64,000 nucleotides of DNA, from contig NC_043005.1 in assembly GCF_006345805.1 (NCBI RefSeq), forward strand, positions 76,756,001 through 76,820,000, written 5' to 3'. Numbering within the stretch: the stretch's first letter is position 1; each line of letters begins with the position of its first letter. The position numbers were made by a program, and so were the translations under genes. Positions 11,875 through 25,387 of this stretch are shown piece by piece. The notes below the pieces were generated by a model. That model was not told where the DNA came from. It saw only the letters and a program-made list of their open reading frames with translations, and ran no database searches. This stretch comes from Octopus sinensis. Taxonomy: Eukaryota.

Positions 11875-14170
11875 GCTTTGCGATACTGGTCCAGCAACAA
11901 ATCAGTACGTTACTTATATAATATTTGGCTTCATGAATCGTCAGTTCTCTGTCTTTTTGTCAACTGCCTCTACGAGGTTACTATGAGGTCACGTAGTTAA
12001 AGCAAGAATCTTCATAATGTACCTTATATTATTTAATTATCTATAATTTATGATATAGAAGAAAAGATGTCATTCTTGAACACTGGTGCTGCATTGTGTG
12101 GATATGACACGTAATCTACGCTGATTAAATTTTATGAGTTCTGAATAGGTAATATGAATTTACCTCTTTAATGCACACGAGGTGAAGCCTTGACTTTTAA
12201 CATTCATAAACGTTGAATAGAGATGATCCCCATATGTCTCGCTTACCTTAGATTCTCAAATTTAAGGTTAATTTTTCAGTGGCAGTCCTGATGACTCAGT
12301 AAATTTTGGTGGCCGTCAAGCTGTTAAATCTACAGACACGAATCGCAAATAATGTGATTAATTTTACAAATATAGTAGCCACCAACTTCTAACGAGTTCC
12401 TGGTACGTGTCATTTAGATAACATTACGAATGAAGTAATATTCATAATATCTGTCTTCCTTATTAATTACTTCGAAAATGAAATTATAATTCAAATTAAC
12501 TTAGATTTTAATGAACTAGAGCAAGTCTAACTATGGATACTGTGAAACTTTGAAGAAAGACTTTAACGCCACGTCTTTTCTAAAGGAATCTTATTTTAGT
12601 GCTCTTGGTATCTTTTTGCTTGTGTCAGCGTCAAAGAGCCATTATTCTGTAAAGTTTAACTTCTATTATATATACTGATAAAGCCATATGCTAAACTTTC
12701 AGTACATTAAGACAGGAGTATCCCTTAACCATGCTCACTTTTAAGTTATCCTCAGTTAATTTGAATGCAATGCAAGCTTATAATTTATCATATAATTTAG
12801 AGAGTTTTCGTTCATTTTTTCCTAGATTTCCTTACAACAGGATTATTCGAACTAGTTATCAAGACAGATTAAGATTACTGTTATAAATGTTTATAAAAAA
12901 AATCTGGTTTACTTTCGTCACTAATCTAATCCAACAAGTAATACATAATGTTTCTGATATGATTGGAAATATTAATTCCTTTAAGCTATGCACAAGTCGC
13001 TTTTGTATAAGTACAGTTGACTAAATCAATTCCAGCAATAAGAATCCGGTATATTTGTATATCCACAGCTACGTTATTCAACACGTCATTTCCTTATTTA
13101 TAGGGTAGATTTGAAGGGGAATTTTGCTGCTATTTTTACCAGGCTGGTTGACGACATAGAATGTTCATAACAACTTATGCAGAAGAAGATGGATTTCGAA
13201 GTTAAAAGTTTGCAATATTTACTGTCGACTATATTACCACCCTTTTAAAATGCGCGTAAAATGTCTTACAACTCATTCGAGACATTCAGTCGCCATATTT
13301 TGTATCAAAAATTAGTTCTACTGGCGAAGCCTTTCCTTTTTTAAACCTCAAAATAAAATTCAAAATTGCTACCTAATGAAACGCATGTTAATTAAACAGT
13401 GTACAGACTGCTTCTAAGGTACTCGTTGATCCCAGATGATCGTGATCTTCGCCTGCAACAAAACACAGACATGGATAAAAGTTTTCGAAAAGACTAGTAT
13501 TTGCCTAAGCGTTTAAGTCTTCCCTACCGACAGAAACATGTTTTGCAAAAAACAATCCGGTAAAATCGATACCAGTCTCATTGCTGGTATTTGCTTTAAT
13601 ACAAACAGCAAAGTATCTACTCTTAAGACCATATAATTCCCCAAAACGACCGCCATGCATCAATATGTTTTGTTCGATCAAGAAAAGGTCGGGAACAAAA
13701 TCTGATACCTGTAGGATTGATGCGGAGGAAGAAAAAACACTTCGCAATATTCTATTCGAAACCGTACCGATTCTTCTAACTATCACGCATTATGTAAGAC
13801 TCCAATATATACATATATAGGTTTAAATGCACGAAGAGTAAATTAATTATTCTTTTAGGAAATCCGACTTCCTTTCGACAAGATTTGCTGCGAAGTCAAA
13901 AAAAATGTGCAACGAAACACATAATGGAAACATTTGAAAGGGGTTTCCTAACTGAAGCTATTCTCTAGGTCTGCTGCCAGCTGCTATTAGACATGCGTAG
14001 AAACGATACAGTTGGGTACAATTCTCAGTGAACATGCCAATACAGAGAGCAATTTCTTTTGAAGAAAATTCAATTTCCACGAACATACTTACTTTTGTTA
14101 ACGAAAAACGGAATAAATGTAAAAGAAAAAGACTTCTTTGTTACCTTTTTATTTCAAGTAATCTCAGTGA

Positions 14171-14210
<40 letters not shown>

Positions 14211-14341
14211 CGTATGTATATATACACATATACAATCATTTGTAGATATCCTTATTCAAATAAAATCAAAAATACTTCTATGTTTGTGCTTACATCTCTG
14301 AGTATATGTGTGCAAGCTTATGTATATATATATATATATAT

Positions 14342-14413
<72 letters not shown>

Positions 14414-14589
14414 CAATGCTTGTATGCCTGTACACTTTAATGATTATGGAATGCATCAAAGACCTACGACAAAAAGATCGAAATGCTGAACGTGTCATTA
14501 ACCAAAGAGGACGAATGTTTATGATTTGAATATGTGTGTGAGCGTGCTTATATACATGCACACACACGCACACACATACGCATATGTAC

Positions 14590-14614
14590 ACATGTGTTCA
14601 TATATATGTATGTA

Positions 14615-14671
<57 letters not shown>

Positions 14672-14722
14672 GTATGTATATATATATGTATGTATATATA
14701 TATGTGTATATATATATATGTG

Positions 14723-14817
<95 letters not shown>

Positions 14818-14818
14818 G

Positions 14819-14890
<72 letters not shown>
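14590..14890. repeat. Long degenerate (TA)n microsatellite
   Basis: About 300 bp of TA interrupted by TG. Confidence 0.95.
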
Positions 14891-14891
<1 letters not shown>

Positions 14892-14984
14892 TTATAACAA
14901 CGTACATTATATGATATATATATACGTCTCAATACCGCTCGGTCTGTCTGTCTGTCTGTTTCTCTCTCTCTCTCTCTCTCTCTC

Positions 14985-15037
<53 letters not shown>

Positions 15038-16019
15038 GTGTGTGTGTGTATAAAAAAAACGAACGAGAGAAGGGCGACAGACAGACAGACAGTCAAACAA
15101 ACAATCATTCAGAAGTGCACGTACAGTTATTTTAACTACTAGATTGTTAAAAGTACATTTCCTATTCACGAATGTTTTTCTGATTTTCCTCTTTTGTGTG
15201 TATGTGTAACATGAAATCAATTCTATAGCTAAATACCCTTACAACAAGCAGTACTATACACTCAATCTTTAGTAGCTTTAGAAGAAACTATAGTAATAGA
15301 TAATGACTCTGGATTTAAGTAGTTTTCAATTCAGAATATACAAACAGTGTCGTGGGTTGATTATTGTTATTGTTGAGGAAACAGGAATGTTTCTCGTTTT
15401 CATTTGAAATAATTCAATGAAAATTGTTGGAGAATCAGTTTGAAAATTTCCTTTCGTAGCGGAACTAAGCCTATCAATCTATAAGAAGTGTAAATAAATA
15501 ATTGATTTAAATTCTAAAGTAAATACAAGGGAAAGGTGTAATTTACTATGTTATATCAATTACTTATTTCAAATATATAGATATGTATTTCATAATTTTT
15601 CTTTCGCAAGAATTCTACAATGAATGAGTAAGGGAAGCGCAAGTTACAAAATTTGATTTCAAACTGAAAATGGTTAAATTGATTTATGTCACTAATGCTT
15701 TTGAAAAGAAAAAAAGAGAGAAACTTCTGGGACACGCTGTTATCTTTCTATCTTTTTTAGGTTAATCTTGTTTTTATATCAGGAAACAACAGTTAATTTT
15801 GTTTCCAGATTCTTTCAGACAATAACAAGTGAAATTTCCATGGGTTCAAGCACTAGCTATGCTGACATTTTGATGGAAACTATTTCAGTTTATTCATGTT
15901 ACAAAGTATTATGTTGTTTTTTTTTTTGAAACGTATAAACGTCACGCGTCCAATTTTCCTTTTCCTGTAAGACATTTTTCGAATCTAATGAGATTCGCAA
16001 AATGTTTTTTCCTGGAGCT

Positions 16020-16160
16020 TATCATCAGCGTAGGCGACTCCATTAGACTTCTGGCTGTTTATGCCTCGACTGAGGAAGAGCAGCCAACATACTTGACAAT
16101 GTTTCGCTCGTTAATGTGTATTAACGAATGTAATGACATCTTTGATGCATGCTGAGAATT
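16020..16160 (+). pseudogene. Possible decayed LINE (L1/Tx1-like) APE endonuclease fragment
   Basis: Translation ISVGDSIRLLAVYASTEEEQPTYL...CNDIFDAC loosely resembles the RLVAVYAP...GDxNxxxD region of APE domains. Short and degenerate. Confidence 0.25.
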
Positions 16161-16960
16161 TTGAGAAAGCAGCTTCTGGAGATGGGGATCTAATAACCCC
16201 ACACATTTTTTGAAGCTGTTCAAACTAGAAGGTAACGAAAGCATTTTTCAAATGTGTTAATAGGGACTTACACAATTTGCATTAAGGGATCCTGATTTAA
16301 GTAGACACATTAATTATTATAGAAGGGGGTGAAAGATAAAGTAGCATTCCATAGTTTCGGTCATTCGGCTGTTTATACAAGTTTAAATTGAGAGCCTCAA
16401 GTAAAACAGAACGCATGGCACTTAGAAAGCGAAACAGTATAAAAGATGTCGCTGCTAAATCTATCTATCAAAACAATGTGTAGAATAGCTACATATATAT
16501 CACACCTTACGTGTAAACATCGTTTACAATCAAGATACTACAATTAAAATCACAACATAAAACGCAAAGTGATAAAGCCCTGGAAGGGTAAAATGAATCT
16601 AGAATTCTTGCTAGTCGCTGCAGAACAATATTTCGGCTCCCTCCGATAATGGCTGTGCTTTTAACACACCGAGTCTATAAGAGATTTTATATCGGGCGAT
16701 AAATGTCATATCTTGCCTGCTAAAGGTACATATCCGTTGAGTATAGTACATAGATGTCTATTCTAATTAATACTGCTTCCATTGCGTGGACGAGTTACTG
16801 TGCTCTGAGCTAAAATTAATTTTGTTTATAAAACAAATTGAATATCATCATCTAATTCTTTTCAAATACTCACATCAGTGCTAGATATCCTATAAAATTC
16901 TCCCAAGAACTGAAATGTTATCAGTACGAAAATATTTATATATAATCTTTGTATATTGGG

Positions 16961-17180
16961 GCTTTTGAGCGGGATTGGCTCCTCCACTTGAGAAAATTCT
17001 TACTGGCCCACAACTGCAAGTTAATGCGCTGTTTATCTTGATATGTAGTGACCATGTCACACATATATGGTTATGATGTACGCTTACCAAATCTGTGCTC
17101 ATGATGGGTATATTAAGCTTCGTATATTTGTACCCCAGAGTCATTTTGATGGTATGCGCTGCTCCCTCACTCAATAATAG
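16961..17180 (+). mobile_element. 5'-truncated diverged copy of the 707-1290 repeat
   Basis: ttttgagcgggat...gctgtttatcttgatat...cttcgtatattt...gtcattttgatg...ctcactcaataat aligns to 1021-1250. Confidence 0.75.
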
Positions 17181-17403
17181 TTACAATTATTATAATAATG
17201 GTTTTTAAAATTTTGGCACAGGTTCAGCAAGTGCGAGGAAGAGTTAAATCGATTACATCAGCACTCTTACTTGGATGGTATTTAAATATTCGACTCGTGA
17301 TGGAAAAGCAAAGTGGAACTCGGCAGAATTTGAATTAAGAAAGTAAAAAACGGACGCAAAGAATTTTCCTCCTGTGTGCTAACGGTTCAGCCAACTCGTT
17401 GCT

Positions 17404-17451
<48 letters not shown>
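17404..17451. repeat. (AGT)n microsatellite
   Basis: Perfect tagtagtag run at the head of a degenerate family A SINE (17210-17403, minus). Confidence 0.95.
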
Positions 17452-18066
17452 ACCACATTGCTGTCGGCTACGATGATGGTGTTACCATGATTCTGATGAT
17501 CATGATTTTAATGAATGTGTTCAGTTTGCCAATTATTAATGCCTAAATAATGCAATATTTCCTTGGTACATCATTATATCAGGTCTAGGAAAAAAAAGCA
17601 TTACGAGCATTACGACATTTTATTAGTATCAATCGTCAGTGCATTTCATATTTGTAAATAATGATGCTGTACGCCATCAATTTACCCACTGCGATTATTT
17701 AGCGATCAAGTGATAAATGGCATTTTAGAGATCATTTTTCCTCATTTTCTTAGAAAATCCCCCACCAAAGTTTGAAAAATAAAATGAGAACTAAAATACA
17801 AAACGAAAGGAAAATAAATCGTTGTATGACAATATTTTAGACATAATGATTGTGTTTTACAACAGTGTGATAGTGTGATAGGGTAGCATAGCATTTCCAT
17901 AGACGTTAGTAATAAAATATTTCGTTACAGCATTTCAGGAAGGATACAAATGGAAATGTGGTTTCCAAGCATACTACAGTAAGGAAGGTTTTACAAGGAG
18001 ATAAAGGTAGAATAAATAGTGAGTTATCATAACACTGCATTCATAAAATATTATATTTTAACTCAC

Positions 18067-18253
18067 CATTCGGAGTTTCTCCATTTCGTCGTTCATCCTA
18101 GTAAGGATACTTGATTGCCTCATCTTCTCCTTTTCGAGAGATTCGATAGATCTACGCAACATACTGATCTCGCCCTCTAAATCAGCAAGTTGTTGGTTCT
18201 GCCTAGCAATCTGTTCTTGGTCACTTTGGTGGAATGAACGCAATTCTTCCAGT
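18067..18253 (-). CDS. NF60: Internal coding exon (exon 2 equivalent, coil 1B) of the cephalopod neurofilament / lamin-like cytoplasmic intermediate filament gene (NF60/NF70/NF220 type)
   Basis: Minus strand reads ctgattattcttatattttattccAG | A CTG GAA GAA TTG ... CGA ATG | GTgagt. Translation: LEELRSFHQSDQEQIARQNQQLADLEGEISMLRRSIESLEKEKMRQSSILTRMNDEMEKLRM (62 codons + 1 nt, heptad coiled coil). It closely matches my recollection of squid NF60/70 (..DQEQIARQNQQLADLEGEISMLRRSIESLEKEKMRQS..MNDEMEKMRM). 187 nt equals the 61-nt exon 2 of vertebrate type III IF genes plus 126 nt (the 42-residue lamin-like insert), with the same phases 2/0. Confirm by BLASTP. Confidence 0.93.
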
Positions 18254-18470
18254 CTGGAATAAAATATAAGAATAATCAGCAAGTTGTTCTATAATACATA
18301 TATTTACATGTATATTTAAGTTTGATTTCATACAATATTTTATGAATAAAACTCGTTTCATCAAAGTCGTCTACATTCTTAGAAGCATCTACCTTGATAA
18401 CTTTGAAGTCCAGTGTAAGCCACATGTAAAACTATACACATGATGATTGGAGAACATTTAGGTTTGTATA

Positions 18471-18991
18471 CCGTTAATCTTCGAGTATAGTCCGCGCTTG
18501 AGTATAATATGCAGGGAAGTTTTAGGTGGCTGTACCTCTGAAAAACCTAAACCTTTTGTATAACACGCACCCCTTCTCTAACTTGAGTCGTGCGTAATTA
18601 AGCCAGCAGCACCTAGTCGAACAAATACTTCCGCGGATGCTTAATACAATAATGGTGATGTTCTTAACTGTTATATGGTAATGTAAATATGTTTGCAAAT
18701 TGTTTATGTTACATGTTATTCTGTGTTCGGAATACTTTTATTTTAATAAATGTTGCTTATTGCAATTTATTAATGATTCTTTTATGACTTCATTGCTTTC
18801 AGGCTTAGCTTAATGTATTTTCGCGCCCGACATCACAAAGTGCGTCTCAATAAACATTGCCGGACAACAAATAGAGACTCGGACATTGCTTAGAAAATAT
18901 TTTTCATTTTAAACCTCGTATATAGTACGCACTAGGGGTTTTGACCTTTAAATTTTGGGGGAAAATGCGGATTATACTCGAGGATTTACGG
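18471..18991. mobile_element. pogo/Tigger-type (Tc1-mariner superfamily) MITE
   Basis: 26-bp TIRs ccgttaatcttcgagtatagtccgcg (18471-18496) and reverse complement ccgtaaatcctcgagtataatccgca (18966-18991), 4 mismatches. TA duplication at 18469-18470 and 18992-18993. No ORF. Confidence 0.85.
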
Positions 18992-19549
18992 TATTTATTT
19001 TACAACTCTTACTCATGTGTACAGATGTAAGTGTGTGTACATGTAAGCTATAAGATATATTTATCATGTAATTAATATTGATCATTTATATTTGCAAATT
19101 ATGCTAATGTATATGATCAAATTATGCAAATTTATATAAAGAGGAAAGAAGGAAAAAATGTGTTACACAGAGCATTCGATGCATTTTAATAATTCGTAAT
19201 CAACAGTTTACTATTTTCATGATTGATATAATGAATAAGTGACGTATTAATCTCGGAGAGAAATATTTAAAATCTTTAACGATTACGCACTAGTTTTAAC
19301 CCCAGCGACTTGAATTAATAAAATAATCTTGATACTAATTGGCTGGCTTCCCTCACCCCGTCTACGCTCATTACTTAGTTTTTCACTGTATTAAGTAGAG
19401 CTCAGTCTATGACTAGTATTCGGATCACGTCTCAAGTTAGTTATCCAGTTTCCCGTATGATTCGTAGTTTCTCTTTTCTTTTCCTTTCTTCCTAATTATT
19501 CTTGAAGTCACTGCCCATGTTATAAGTGCTCCTTTGACTAAGCCACAAC

Positions 19550-19551
<2 letters not shown>

Positions 19552-19620
<69 letters not shown>
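19552..19620. repeat. (AAT)n microsatellite
   Basis: Perfect aat run. Confidence 0.95.
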
Positions 19621-19621
<1 letters not shown>

Positions 19622-22600
19622 GGAAAACATATGCCGCAACTATGTAAAAAGCATGATGAGAATATTTCAATATTTGCTTTAAATCCATTTTTAATATAAA
19701 GAACAAATATAATCATTCGCTCGGATTATAGAAAAAGTATTCAAAATAAAAAATCAACATGACAGATGATTTTCAATTTGTCTTTTGAGACATCTTTTGG
19801 AAAGAAAATTCTTATAAGATTTAGAAATTTGTTTAGGAATACACATTCTCTAGTAACATCTTTGAAAAAGAAAATGACTTTGCTATGGAGTGTTGGTATA
19901 CAAGTTTAATTCGCGGCCCACTATTAAATGGTTAAGTGTTTTGCGGCTCATATTGTTAAGCTAGGTGTAGAATACTTTTAAGAAAGGCTTACAGACATTA
20001 AATATCTTTTCCGAGAGAACTCATAGAAATATGCTAATTTTTTTATAAAGTAATTATGTGTAATTTGTTTAATTATAACTGAAGTTTAATTAATATAAGA
20101 AAAAGTTTTACAGCTAGATCAATATGGACAATTTGTTATTTGGTGTACTGAATTTAAAATAATCTGAGGCCTTATCTTAGAAAACAATAACTTCAGGCAG
20201 GTAACTGTCTGTACTTATAATATATATATAGACAAAGGTTCCAAATGGTGCCTCTAAAATCTCATAAGATTGAAGGGATACATATTGTAATTTATTAATT
20301 TCCCAGACAAACAAGAAGCTCTATAGAGCCTGTGTCCAACTCTTGGTTACATTTTAATATAAGATCAAAAAATCATCCTATTAGACGCTGGACGACAGCA
20401 CGTTGCTTTTATCGCAGAACTAACAAAATTCAGAACTGTATGGATTAAAGCTAGATAGATTCCACTGTCGAACGTTATGAGACTTCTCCATAGACACAAA
20501 ACAGAAGGATTAAAGCATGATACGAAACATGATGATACGAAGGATGATACGAAACACAGTTCCTTCCACTGTTTGTCCTTTATCCTGCTGAATCAGTTAC
20601 TCACAGCTTTTCTTATATAATCTGACATTTAGTTCTAACAAGATAACCCTTCGAGAATAAAGTTAAGTTTAGAGTATAAATGAAAATTCTTGAATCAGAA
20701 TAAATATACCCGTGTCTTATGCGTTCAGTTTAATTACTTCCAAATATACTAAATCGATATTTACAAACAATTCTAGTTAAAATGAATGAGAATATATTTT
20801 AATACATTTATGTCTTATAGTAAAATATATGAAGTTTATAGATTGGTAAAACATCAGTTTAGTCGTCGAACTGGTTTACTTCAGCATTATTTTAATTAAA
20901 TTAGATTTAGTTTATATAAACCGCATGAAACAGTAATATACTGCATTGTTTGGTAGAACAATAACAAATTAGATAGAATGAATTTTAGAGCAACAAGGGC
21001 ACGGCACCTGAGTAATATATTATACATTTCAGAATTCTTGTTCTTGCTATGTATAACTATTTAAGAAACACGCAATGCATATATATTTATGTATATGAAC
21101 GTCGACGTATTGCAAGATTATGTACAATTTCTACAACTGTTATGTTCTATAAAGCTTTGAAAACCATCATGTTTTCCGTATTATTAATTGTATTTGTATG
21201 TATGTGTGTATGTATGGGATGTATATATGTGTGTATATGTATGTGTGTGTGTGAGTGTGTGCTTCTGTGTGAGTGTCTGTCTGTACGTGTGAGTACATAT
21301 ATCTATATATACACAGAGTGAGGAGAGAGGTACTTGCATTTTATATTTGTAGAAAATATTTATAAGTTTTCATTAAATTAATTTAAGCAGATTATATACG
21401 CCATTTAGCAAATTCAGCAAGCTGTGTTATATTTTAAAACTTATTTCATAACTACAAGCATTATATCATTTGAAACCTCTAAAGTTATAAAATTTTGATC
21501 GTATAATAATATTGTATAGGATATTATGCATAAAAAGATTTCAACTTAAAAGATTAGAATACACAGCTTAGTTTGGTTTCATCGATGATAAACTAAGTCG
21601 ACTTGATATACCGACTCGTTTTTGACGAGAAGCAGCCATGATTTTTTTCTGTCCCATATTGAAGTTGTAAGACAATTATTTCGTTGGATATCATTACCTT
21701 AGTCAGAGGTGGGTCATGGAGCTAGCGATTAGTTTATTTAATTTAAATGCTTAGTAATAGTTAGTCATTAAGACTAGCTTACTTGCATGTGATCAGATAT
21801 TCAGGGTGGGTGAACATGGAATTCGACTAGCGAGTGCAGTATTTTCAGGACAAAAATCCATACTTAGCATGTTTTGTCTGCAGTAGCTAATTCACTAATG
21901 AGATTTCTTTTTGTTCTTGTTTTAAAGCTTTAGGTAAAAGAGCATTTATCTGTTTAAATAACCGAAATAATGATAGAAATCGTTCTGACATTAATGAAGG
22001 TTACGTTGAGTGACTACAGCAGATCTAACTTCGTCAGATAACTATCAGTCAGGATAGTGTACTTTTTATAGCGTTGTGAATGGTGGTGTAAGATAACAGA
22101 ACATTAAATGGAATGAAATGAGATTACATCGAGAAGCATTCCATCCGTTATCATGTCTGGTTCATAAAAATCTATAGTAGAATCAAATGTCTTGAGCAAT
22201 TAATCAACCTACCACAAAGTTTCCGATTCTTATGTGAAATGACGTTCTTGTCTCTTTCATACCCGTATTACCTACTATGTATGACTAAAACGGTTTACAA
22301 AGTTCTAAGATCCATTAATGTTTAATATGATAATAGGAAAAGTAGTTAAATCTTCTTTCAATTATCTAAATTCACTTTTCGTTAAAGGATGGCAGTCTGC
22401 ATAGAGATAAGGATGATAGTGTCAACAAACTGTTGTTCGTCTATGGTTGAGACAATTATCTATCGTGAAACGGTCTTCCTCGATAGTTTTCATACGGACA
22501 TCTCATCGCTATAAGCGGTAGCATTGTATAATTAATGAGTGTTTCATTACTTCATGCTGATTTCAAGATCTATTGCTTTTTATTTATTTGTCTATCTACT

Positions 22601-24330
22601 TTTTATTTGGTTGAAGTAAGTAACGGAAAACTTGGTTGAACAAATTATATCATTATAAAACTAACTATCACCTCTGCTTAAAAAGTTATTTGTGACAAAT
22701 TCAAAGGAAGATTTTAGTCCGAAAATGTTATGGCCATAGAATGTCCTGCCTAAATTTGTTGAGCAGTTTTCTAATTTAAACATTGGAGAAGTTTCCTCAT
22801 CATCTACCTCACTACTATAATCGTTGGTGCTATTTTCTAACTTTACTCTCCTCCAAAGTTCTTTCCCATTAATCATTAAGTTTACAACCTCCTGTTATAT
22901 ATCTGCTTTATAGTCTTTAACTATCTCTCACCATAGGCACTTAGATACGATCATACACTTTCATTACATTTATAAAACTATATCTAGATCATTTTTTTAC
23001 TCTATACTTCTTTCATCAATAATGAACTTCCAACATTATTTTAAAATTAAATGATTTTTAAATGACGAACAGATGGAAGTCATATACTGTTTAATAAAAC
23101 CATTAATTTTTTCCGCATATGAATTTCTGGCAAATTTCAATTTTTAGTTTCAAATATTGATAAGCCCAATCATAAAATAATTCTCTTATAGTAAAAAATG
23201 TTTAAGTGCCAGTTTACTTAATGACCAGGTCTTCAGTTATGAACATTTTACTTACTGACACCGTATAACTTATGCTTATGATATTTTTGTAACGTGTCTC
23301 ACCATTTAATTTTCTGTTTGTATAAATATATCTTAATCGTGTCATCACTTTCATTGTATTTTCTTAACACTGTATATAAATATTCAGTATATCAAAGTAA
23401 AAGTTTATCTAACTATTCCAGGGCCTGAGCAGAATCTGGTACTGGCATTCATGCTTCTTGCCAATCTATGTCATCCAACACTTCCAACACAAAATTTCGG
23501 TAAACTCCGAAACATTTCTTTGTCCAAAGGATAAACAATATAAATGTAAGAAAAATAATTTTTCTCATCATTAAAATGCAATCGTAATAAAAATTTCCTT
23601 GTCGCCCAGTTTACTTTGTGAATTCATATGTGTGTGTGTGTGTGCGTGCGTGTGTGTGTGTGTGCGTGTGCTACTTCATAGTGCGTTGGGTTTTCTGGTA
23701 AAGTACATTTGACCATTTGATCTGTTGATCTGAAAATCACTGACTTTAGCCAATGTTTAGAGGTTTTATTTCTATGACCTTTCCCTGAAAGCTTTCAAAT
23801 TTCCGACATTTTACGTCGACGAAGCAAAATGTATTACTTCATAGTAGGAAAAAAATCGATTTGTTTTTCCATTCATACATTTCCTAGTGTATTAATTGTT
23901 TTGTAATAATGTCACTTCCAATACTACTCGTATCGTAGTCAAGTGCAGATTCGGCTTTTAAAGAGCTCACAATAATTATTGCGCAGAGAAAGGTTTGTTA
24001 TGCTCCTCAACAGGAATGCTTTTCATATTAGATGAGTTTCATATCAAACAGCAATTTAATTGACAGAAGTGGACACATCTTTTGTTATGTGATGTAATTC
24101 CAGATGTAAACCTACATATTAATCATAACCTATTAGATGTTTTTGAGCTATGCAATAACATGCGTTTACTGCCGTATTAATGCCAGCGTTAAGCATCACA
24201 TGAGTGTCATTGCATAATAAGTTTATATGCCAATTCAATCTGTTGCAACACATAAAATATATATTTTTAACACTGAATTTGAAAAATGTAGACAACGTGC
24301 TTTATTTCTTCTTATTAGCATTATTATCAC

Positions 24331-24376
<46 letters not shown>

Positions 24377-25178
24377 GTCATTATCATTACTATTATTCTT
24401 ATTCTTATTATTATTGGTTGTTGGATGTGGGTTGCATAACAAACACATGATACAGTTTATGTAGCATTGATTTGTATTTTCTGTACAGAAAATTGTTTCA
24501 ATAAAAAGGGAAATTTTCTCGTTTATTACTTTGTACATTAGATCAAAGTATTGCAAACGTGTTTAGAGATGTATCAAATAATATAGTATCAAGTGAGCCG
24601 TGAAACCGCGAATTTCTACAATACTTTAGCTATAACGAACGCTCATTAAAGGAAGCTTTGTTAATACACGATTAATTAATATATCACGCTGATCCTACTC
24701 TCTTGTGTGAGAAGCATGTTTTTACAAAATATCATTGATATAACTAAAACCAGTTTACAAATACCACAGAGTTTTACCAATACGAAGCCCATGCAACTTG
24801 AAATTATAAGAAGTAAAGTAACTATGATTATAAAAACTATGTTTGGTAAAGGTGTAAAGCTGCTAAACGTAGAGTCTAAATCGCTTGCTGCATAACTTCC
24901 CTCCAACGGCCATTTTATGTGGTTTTAAATAGCTCATGGACAGATTTCACAATGAAAAGGAAGTTAGACTTTTACAAGTTAGTTTTTCCAGATGGTACGC
25001 GACTTAATGTAGCAAAAAAGAAAAAAAAACTGTGCAATAATTAAAAATACTGTGTTAAAAGTAAGGATTATACTTCCAGCTCTACCACCAACACATCTTT
25101 TGTAATTGCACATGTCCTGACGCCTATGCAAATAGTTGCATTTTGTCACAAAAAAGGCACGTGATTTCTACCTTATAT

Positions 25179-25387
25179 ATTTATTTATTGCTCACAAGGG
25201 GCTAAACATAGAGGGGACAAACAAAGACAGATAAAGGGATTAAGTCGATTACATTGACCCCAGAGCGTAACTGGTACTTTATTTATCGACCCGGAAAGGA
25301 TGAAAGGCAAAGTCAACCTCGGCGGAATTTGAACTCAGAACGTAACGGCTAGGCATTTCGCTAACGTTTCTGCCAGCTCGCCGCCTT
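25179..25387 (-). mobile_element. Family A SINE monomer with 19-bp TSD
   Basis: TSD cgtgatttctac[c/g]ttatat at 25160-25178 and 25388-25406. Head aaggcggcgagctggcagaaacgttagc and B box gagttcaaattcc. Small internal deletions in the head. Confidence 0.88.

Noticed and set aside
14028-15220. Cluster of long ORFs up to 233 aa ([16 protein letters not shown])
   Set aside because: These are translations of stop-free TA/CA/GA microsatellites. The same applies to ORFs at 2225-2747, 30215-30674, 33758-34036, 55008-55984 and 61373-62324.
1-18066. Search for the next neurofilament exon (96 nt) and for known conserved miRNAs or snRNAs
   Set aside because: No matching codon pattern or seed sequence was found by eye. 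A TBLASTN/Infernal search is needed to make this negative definitive.
18058-18282. ORF-track protein starting MLIILIFYSR and ending VS
   Set aside because: The N-terminal residues are the intron polypyrimidine tract/acceptor and the final VS is the donor site. The true exon is 18067-18253.
24016-24180. MLFILDEFHIKQQFN* resembling the DEIHIKPYF motif of P-element/THAP transposases
   Set aside because: The motif is only a few residues and is followed by a stop. The other suggestive fragment (GFVLVKLCGICK, 24676-24906) is on the opposite strand, and no TIRs were found.
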